NCBI GenBank assembly: GCA_964591445.1
Contig: CAZQAW010000002.1
Coordinates: 67,394-131,393, forward strand
DNA: 64,000 bases
From: an uncultured Candidatus Saccharibacteria bacterium
GTDB lineage: Bacteria > Patescibacteriota > Minisyncoccia > Phycocordibacterales > UBA9973
Direction of reading: 5' to 3'
Shown here: piece after piece, positions 57,714-64,000 of the stretch
Layout of the letters: each line of letters opens with the position of its first letter
How positions within the stretch are numbered: position 1 is the stretch's first letter
Made by a program: the position numbers and the translations under genes
Notes under the pieces: generated by a model
Seen by the model: only the letters and a program-made list of their open reading frames with translations
Databases searched by the model: none
What the model was told of the DNA's origin: nothing

Positions 57714-58205
57714 TTATGGCTGGGTTCTGTATGTTTCCCATGGGGTAGCATCTGCTCCGAACTCGTTCTGGTAAACGATCCTTATATCATAATCAGTATT
57801 CGGTATCAGGTTATTGATATCCTGAAAGACGAGCCAAAAACTATATCCAGGAATATGGCACCATGTTGAGGAGGTGACTGCTGTTATCCCAGTAAGTCTT
57901 ACTTCGATCCGCATCTGCGATGTGAGCGCATTTGCATGATAGTACATCAACATCACTTGCAACTTGTTGGTAAAACGATCTACGATTACCGTGTCAATTG
58001 TAGGTGCTTGGTGGAAGGGAATAATAGTTGTAGGCGGGATTCCTAGTCTTGGGCTTTGCATCACATCGAGTGGCTCAAAACGCGGTTCCGAAAAAGTAAT
58101 TTCAGGAGCAGGTTTTGAAGGCGCTACTTCTTCACCTGTATCCTTAGTACAAGATGAAAAACCAATAATTAGCATTGCAATTAGGGTGAAGGTTTTTATG
58201 TTCAT
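57714..58205 (-). CDS. Bacteroidota-style lipoprotein with FN3-like domain
   Basis: Lipobox FSS-C then TKDTGEE; INNLIPNTDYDIRIVYQNEFG; TTGACA-N17-TATAAT promoter and DnaA box. Confidence 0.75.
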   Translation of the reverse strand: MNIKTFTLIAMLIIGFSSCTKDTGEEVAPSKPAPEITFSEPRFEPLDVMQSPRLGIPPTTIIPFHQAPTIDTVIVDRFTNKLQVMLMYYHANALTSQMRIEVRLTGITAVTSSTWCHIPGYSFWLVFQDINNLIPNTDYDIRIVYQNEFGADATPWETYRTQP

Positions 58206-58377
58206 TTTGTTGAATTTTTAAAGGGTTTGAATATCTAGCTATTTACTTATATTATATACTATTTTACCATATTTGTCAATCTCTATTATGTGGATAAATA
58301 TAAGGCTTATTTGACAAAAAATATACAATATGTATGATTTATAAAAACTGAAACTCATAATTTAAAAATTAAAAATC

Positions 58378-58974
58378 ATGGTAAAAAAAGAAAATTCCTC
58401 GCAAACTTTTCTTGCAAGAAAACTTGCATCTGTTGGAGTCACTCAGGCAGACTTCAAAAGTGCCTTTACAGAAGATAACAAGACAAATATAGGGTCATTC
58501 GGAGAAAGCGATCCCACATTTGCTAAGCTTTTGTTTCCGGAAAAAAAATTTACTAAAAAAGAAATTGCACTTTTGGACGAAGCTGTAGATTGCGCCATGT
58601 GCATCAAGAGCTCTAACAGCTACAAAAAAGCCTATGCAAGTTTGGAAGCGAAGTGTCCTGGTATTGCGGAAGTTGGACAGAAGCTTTTTCACGCTTATAA
58701 CATTATTACATATAGCGGGAGAAGAGATTTAAATAAGAATGAGCAGAAAGTCATGGATCAACTGATGAGCACGGAAATTTCTGCTAAAATGGTGAAAGAA
58801 TTACAGATTGAAGATCTGTGGGAAGACGTAAGAGGGGAAAGAAAAAATGCTGCTTCCCGGCTCCGTAAGATTCTCGAAGATCCTCTATGGAAAAGATTTT
58901 TCATTACCAAATTTGTTTCAGACTTCTCTATAACGACCGCCATATCTGAGGCGCTGAACAAGAAGATTCCTTAG
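58378..58974 (+). CDS. AT-rich orphan protein
   Basis: TTGACA-N16-TATGAT promoter, A-rich leader, terminator 58990-59019. Confidence 0.72.
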   Translation: MVKKENSSQTFLARKLASVGVTQADFKSAFTEDNKTNIGSFGESDPTFAKLLFPEKKFTKKEIALLDEAVDCAMCIKSSNSYKKAYASLEAKCPGIAEVGQKLFHAYNIITYSGRRDLNKNEQKVMDQLMSTEISAKMVKELQIEDLWEDVRGERKNAASRLRKILEDPLWKRFFITKFVSDFSITTAISEALNKKIP

Positions 58975-59125
58975 CAGTAATAGTTTGTGAAAAGCCGCTT
59001 GATACCGAGCGGCTTTTTTATTTGCAAAAAGGGGGAGAATGTCGTATAGTCTATGTATATAAGCCCTTCGGCTTTTTATTTTTATCAAGGTATTAATGTG
59101 TATGAGTTTATAAAGAATTAGTTAT

Positions 59126-61267
59126 ATGGAACGAGATTATCCACTAGAGAAAGTACGAAATTTCGGTATTATCGCGCACATCGATGCGGGTAAGACCACG
59201 ACATCAGAGCGCGTGCTCTATTATACCGGCATGAGCCACAAGATCGGTGAAGTTCACAACGGTGAAGCGACAACCGACTGGATGGAACAAGAAAAAGAAC
59301 GCGGAATCACTATTACTTCTGCGGCTATTACTTGTTTCTGGACACCGACATACGCTGGTGCTGACAAGAACAAAAAGCACCGCTTCAACATTATCGACAC
59401 TCCTGGACACATCGACTTTACTGTTGAAGTAAAGCGATCTCTTCGCGTGCTCGACGGAGCGGTTGTGGTATTTGACGGCGTTGCCGGAGTAGAACCGCAG
59501 TCAGAAACAAACTGGCGTTACGCTGACGAAGCGATGGTGCCACGAATCTGTTTCGTGAACAAGCTCGACCGAACAGGTTCTTCGTTTGAACACTCATACA
59601 AAACAATCCTTGATCGTCTCTCTAAAAAAGCGATCCGTGCTCAACTTCCAATCGGTGCTGAAGACAAGTTCGAAGGTGTTGTCGACCTTTTGAAAATGAA
59701 GGCGTACTACTTTGAAGGCGCGATGGGCGAAAAAGTTATCGAAAAAGATATTCCAGAGAGCATGTTAGCTGACGCCGAAAAGTATCACGGCGAACTCGTT
59801 GAAAAAATCGTTGAACAAGACGACGCTGTCATGAACGCGTACCTCGAAGGTAAAGTTCCGGAAGTAGACGTTTTGAAAAAGCTTCTCCGAAAAGGCGTTA
59901 TCGCAAACGAAATCTTCCCAGTGTTTACAGGAACTGCGCTCAAGAACAAAGGCGTGCAGCTCGTGCTTGATGCTGTTGTCGACTACTTGCCAGCGCCAAC
60001 AGATATTCCTCCGGTAAAAGGTATTAACCCGGACACCGAAGAAGCAGTAGAGCGAAAAGCTTCAGACGCGGATCCATTCTCAGCGCTTGCTTTCAAGGTT
60101 GCAACAGATCCATTCGTCGGACAACTCATCTTCTTCCGAGTCTACTCAGGTTCACTTGCTGCAGGTTCATACGTGTACAACCCACGAACTCGCAACAAAG
60201 AACGTATCGGACGAATCCTTCGAATGCACGCGAACGAACGAGAAGAAGTGAAGAAAGTATTTGCAGGAGAAATCGCAGCTGCGGTTGGTCTTAAAGATAC
60301 TATCACTTCAGACACACTTTGTGATGAAAACAATCCTGTTGAGCTCGATCGTATCGTGTTCCCAGAACCAGTTATCTCTCTTCGTATTGAACCAAAGACA
60401 AAAGCCGACCAAGAAAAAATGGGTATGGCGCTCAACCGACTTGCGCAAGAAGATCCAACATTCCGAGTTACTTCTGACCAAGAAACAAACGAAACGATCA
60501 TTGCGGGAATGGGAGAACTTCACCTTGAAATTATCGTTGACCGAATGAAGCGAGAATTCAACGTTGAAGCAAATGTTGGCAAGCCACAAGTTGCGTACCG
60601 AGAAACCATTCTTGGCAATGCAGAAGCAGAAGGAAAATACATCAAGCAGTCTGGAGGTAAAGGTAACTACGGTCACGTACGCATTCGCGTTAAGCCTATT
60701 GATTACTCAATCCCAGTAGAAGATTTGCCAAAGAACGTGAAGCGAGATGGATTCTTCGAATTCATCAACACTATTAAAGGAGGTGCTATTCCACAAGAAT
60801 TTATCGCTCCATCTGAAAAAGGATTCCGAGAAGGTCTCGACCGAGGTGTCGTTGCTGGATTCAAAATGGTCAACGTTTCGGTTGAACTCTACGATGGTAG
60901 CTACCACGAAGTTGACTCGAACGAAATGGCCTTCAAAATTGCCGCTTCAATGGCTGTGCAAGACGCGACAAAGCGAGCTCGCCCAGTGATCCTTGAACCG
61001 ATGATGAAAGTTGAAGTTGTAACTCCAGACAAATTCATGGGAGACGTGACTGGAAACTTGTCTTCAAAACGCGGACTTATCGAAGGAATGGAAGAACGCG
61101 GTATGAACAAAGTGGTGAACGCTGTCGTTCCTCTTTCTGAAATGTTCGGATACATGACAAACCTTCGCTCTATGACAGAAGGTCGCGCAGGATTCACAAT
61201 GGAATTCCTCCGCTACGATGTCGTGCCGCAGAACGTTGCAGACGAAATTGCAAAGTCTCGAGCTTAA
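59126..61267 (+). CDS. fusA: Elongation factor G
   Basis: [27 protein letters not shown]. Confidence 0.98.
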   Translation: MERDYPLEKVRNFGIIAHIDAGKTTTSERVLYYTGMSHKIGEVHNGEATTDWMEQEKERGITITSAAITCFWTPTYAGADKNKKHRFNIIDTPGHIDFTVEVKRSLRVLDGAVVVFDGVAGVEPQSETNWRYADEAMVPRICFVNKLDRTGSSFEHSYKTILDRLSKKAIRAQLPIGAEDKFEGVVDLLKMKAYYFEGAMGEKVIEKDIPESMLADAEKYHGELVEKIVEQDDAVMNAYLEGKVPEVDVLKKLLRKGVIANEIFPVFTGTALKNKGVQLVLDAVVDYLPAPTDIPPVKGINPDTEEAVERKASDADPFSALAFKVATDPFVGQLIFFRVYSGSLAAGSYVYNPRTRNKERIGRILRMHANEREEVKKVFAGEIAAAVGLKDTITSDTLCDENNPVELDRIVFPEPVISLRIEPKTKADQEKMGMALNRLAQEDPTFRVTSDQETNETIIAGMGELHLEIIVDRMKREFNVEANVGKPQVAYRETILGNAEAEGKYIKQSGGKGNYGHVRIRVKPIDYSIPVEDLPKNVKRDGFFEFINTIKGGAIPQEFIAPSEKGFREGLDRGVVAGFKMVNVSVELYDGSYHEVDSNEMAFKIAASMAVQDATKRARPVILEPMMKVEVVTPDKFMGDVTGNLSSKRGLIEGMEERGMNKVVNAVVPLSEMFGYMTNLRSMTEGRAGFTMEFLRYDVVPQNVADEIAKSRA

Positions 61268-61278
61268 AATAAGAACTC

Positions 61279-61311
61279 AAAATGCCCCGCGCTGAAAAGC
61301 GCGGGGCATTT
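61279..61311 (+). terminator. Terminator after fusA
   Basis: AAATGCCCCGCGCT-GAAA-AGCGCGGGGCATTT. Confidence 0.8.
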
Positions 61312-61368
61312 GTTTTCCCCTTGTTTACTACAATCTCAATCTCAGATTTGGTATACTTTACTCATCAC

Positions 61369-64000
61369 ATGAAACACTTGGGAACAAAAACTCTCGCTAT
61401 CGCAGTTCTTGTTTTTTCTCTTGGAGGAATTATTTTGAATGGGATTGACCGTGCGTATGGAAACTTCAACGCCACAGACTTGTTTGGTCAACTTGACGGT
61501 TTAGGTGTTCCGGATTTTGCGGCAGTTACTGCGAACAACAGTGCTGGAGTAGGTAATACGAACAATATTGGTTTTGATGATCCGCAGTCTATTGCGCTTG
61601 ATACTGTGAACCACCGACTGTTTGTGGCAGATTCAGACAATAACCGCATTCTTATGTTCAATCTTTCGGCGACAAACAATATTAACGATTATGTTGCGGA
61701 TGCGGTTATCGGTCAGGACAATTTTACTTCCAACCAGATCAATAAAGGATTGGGTTCGATCAATGCTGCGGGCTTGAATGATCCTCAGGGTGTCGAGTAT
61801 GTCAATAACGAACTTTTTGTTTCTGATAGCTTAAACCATCGCGTGCTTATCTTTTCTGTTCCTGTCGGTTTTGCGAACGGTATTTCTGCGATAGAACAAT
61901 TTGGCCAAGCAAATTTTACTTCAGGTTTACCAAACCGCGGCAATCCTACTCCGAACAACAATACGTTGAACAATCCAAAAGGTTTAACCACTGATACAAG
62001 TCGAAATTTGCTTTTTATCGCTGACTTGCTGAACGACCGCGTGCTTGTATTTGATATCAATCCCGCGACCCGAACAAATGTCGCATCATATGTACTTGGG
62101 GAACCGAATTTTACAACAGGTACTGGTACTGCAGCCCAAAATCGCATTAACAACCCTTATGATGTTGATTTTGATCCGATTAATACAAGACTTTTTGTTG
62201 CTGACGGACAGAACCGTCGTGTCGTTGTATTTGATGTACGAAATGCTGGGAGTGCGCCGATCAACTTGTGTCCGCTTATCGACCCGGTTATTACAACAGG
62301 TCTAGCAAATGGTATGAATGCATCATGTAGACTTGGCCAGGCCGATTGGATAAGTAACACTCCGGGAGTGACGGACCACGATTTTGAAATTATTACTGGT
62401 GTCACATACGATCCCGATAAAGAAATTTTGTATGTAATGGATACTAGTAGTCGTGTCACTACTTTTGATATTTCTACTTTCTCTCCTTATCCAACCGAAA
62501 CAGCCATCGGTGTGTTTGGTCAACCGGATTTTACGACTGCTGGCGCAGAAGACCATACGGCCGGAGGTATGCGCGATCCGGCTGCGCTTGTGTACAACCC
62601 TGTCAACCAAAACTTCTTTGTCGCTGACAGATACAACCGCGTGCTTTATTTTGAGTTTATTGATATTACGAGTACATTGGTCTCCGATGGAACAGTGGGG
62701 ATTGCGTATAATGAACCTATTTCATACATCGATTCGCAAGGGACGGTAACAATGCAAGTAACAGCAGGATCTCTTCCGCCGGGTATTTCGATTTCCGGAA
62801 CGTCACTCGTCGGCATGCCGACTTTGCAAGGCGTATATAACTTTACACTGCAGATGATTGACAGTTCTGCAGGAGTTGGAGCGTTTTATTCCGAAGAAGT
62901 GCCGTTCACTCTTACCGTCAACTTGCTTCCCCCAGGCTTTGATATCTCGCCGATTTCTGGAGATACGACTGAGCTTGGCGCAGGCACTGCAACATTTACC
63001 ATGGCACTTGCATCACCGACACTTCCTGGCGAAGATGTGACCATTGCGCTTTCATCAAGCGATCTGACTGAAGGAACGGTTTCTCCGGCGTCTTTAACCT
63101 TTACACATGGCAACTGGAATGTGCCGCAGACGGTTACTGTAACAGGTCAAGATGACCCCATTGCTGACGGAAATATTTCATACAACGTCGTGACTGCAAA
63201 TGCGGTGAGTACGTACGCAGAATATTCAAATAGAGATGTTCCAGATATCGGAGTTGTGAACATCGACAATGAAATTCCTGGATTTACTGTCGGTGCGATC
63301 AGTGCGCATACGACAGAAGCTTTGGGTACTGCAACATTTGATATCAGTATTAACACGCAACCAACATCTGCCGTTTCGGTTTCGCTTGCTTCCAATGACT
63401 CAACCGAAGGAACAGTTGCTACGCCTCTTGTCATATTCACTCCACTCAACTGGCAGACTGTACATACCATTACTGTTACCGGCGTGAACGATGATATTGA
63501 TGACGGAGATATTGCGTACAGTATTATCACTGGTGCAGCCACAAGCTCTGACCCAGTGTATTCCGGTATGTCTGTCAACAATGTTCCGGCGATCAACGAC
63601 GACGATGGTGACACGGCCGGAGTATCTCTCTCTTTGATCGACCAAAATACGACCGAAGGTGGCACGAATGGCACGTTCAGCATTGTGCTTACTTCCGAGC
63701 CGACTGCCGATGTCACTATTACACTTCTTTCGAGTGATACTTCCGAGGGCGTGATCACTACTCCGTCGGTAACATTTACCTCAGCCGACTGGGATACGCC
63801 ACAGCTCATACTTGTCGAAGGAGTTGATGACACTATCGATGATGGAGATATTGCTTATAGTATCATTACCGGTGATGCCACTTCGCTTGATGCAACATAC
63901 GATACTATGATCGTCGATGATGTTGCGGTAATAAACATTGATAATGATGCGACACCGACTGGCGGCGGAGTCGTACTGATTGAGACATTCGATCTGCATA
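61369..64000 (+). CDS. Large secreted NHL-repeat, Ig and Calx-beta-like protein (runs off the window)
   Basis: Manual translation: MKHLGTKTLAIAVLVF..; DPQSIALDTVNHRLFVADSDNNRIL NHL repeats; TFTxxNWxxPQTVTVTG repeats. Confidence 0.88.
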   Translation, partial: MKHLGTKTLAIAVLVFSLGGIILNGIDRAYGNFNATDLFGQLDGLGVPDFAAVTANNSAGVGNTNNIGFDDPQSIALDTVNHRLFVADSDNNRILMFNLSATNNINDYVADAVIGQDNFTSNQINKGLGSINAAGLNDPQGVEYVNNELFVSDSLNHRVLIFSVPVGFANGISAIEQFGQANFTSGLPNRGNPTPNNNTLNNPKGLTTDTSRNLLFIADLLNDRVLVFDINPATRTNVASYVLGEPNFTTGTGTAAQNRINNPYDVDFDPINTRLFVADGQNRRVVVFDVRNAGSAPINLCPLIDPVITTGLANGMNASCRLGQADWISNTPGVTDHDFEIITGVTYDPDKEILYVMDTSSRVTTFDISTFSPYPTETAIGVFGQPDFTTAGAEDHTAGGMRDPAALVYNPVNQNFFVADRYNRVLYFEFIDITSTLVSDGTVGIAYNEPISYIDSQGTVTMQVTAGSLPPGISISGTSLVGMPTLQGVYNFTLQMIDSSAGVGAFYSEEVPFTLTVNLLPPGFDISPISGDTTELGAGTATFTMALASPTLPGEDVTIALSSSDLTEGTVSPASLTFTHGNWNVPQTVTVTGQDDPIADGNISYNVVTANAVSTYAEYSNRDVPDIGVVNIDNEIPGFTVGAISAHTTEALGTATFDISINTQPTSAVSVSLASNDSTEGTVATPLVIFTPLNWQTVHTITVTGVNDDIDDGDIAYSIITGAATSSDPVYSGMSVNNVPAINDDDGDTAGVSLSLIDQNTTEGGTNGTFSIVLTSEPTADVTITLLSSDTSEGVITTPSVTFTSADWDTPQLILVEGVDDTIDDGDIAYSIITGDATSLDATYDTMIVDDVAVINIDNDATPTGGGVVLIETFDLH

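Overview
This 64 kb window looks like chromosome from a Patescibacteria/CPR (Parcubacteria-like) bacterium using genetic code 11. The assignment is inferred from gene content, CPR-type secreted proteins and the split ComEC. Housekeeping genes include comM, pnp, rpsO, a Xer-type recombinase, xth, cca, yraN, hup, rny, clpP, tig, ppa, nusA, tpiA, pgk, recJ, rnhA, comEC, sod, rpmB, rpsL, rpsG and fusA. The window also holds 4 tRNAs, a parS cluster and several large surface proteins. Main observations: (1) About 15 AT-rich orphan genes are inserted singly between core genes. Most have a near-consensus -35/-10 promoter, an A-rich leader without a Shine-Dalgarno site, and a terminator. Several carry Bacteroidota envelope-sorting signals (three T9SS type-A C-terminal domains, an outer-membrane beta-barrel-like protein, two lipoproteins) that a cell without an outer membrane could not use, which suggests products addressed to a host. 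(2) Many native genes are instead leaderless, with the -10 box exactly 6 nt before ATG. (3) Several families of palindromic repeats occur, some inserted in frame in comM, xer, yraN and cca. (4) A two-copy structured element has 30-bp covarying arms. (5) There is an unannotated sRNA candidate and a 45-aa gene. All calls come from reading the sequence and motifs; no database searches were run.
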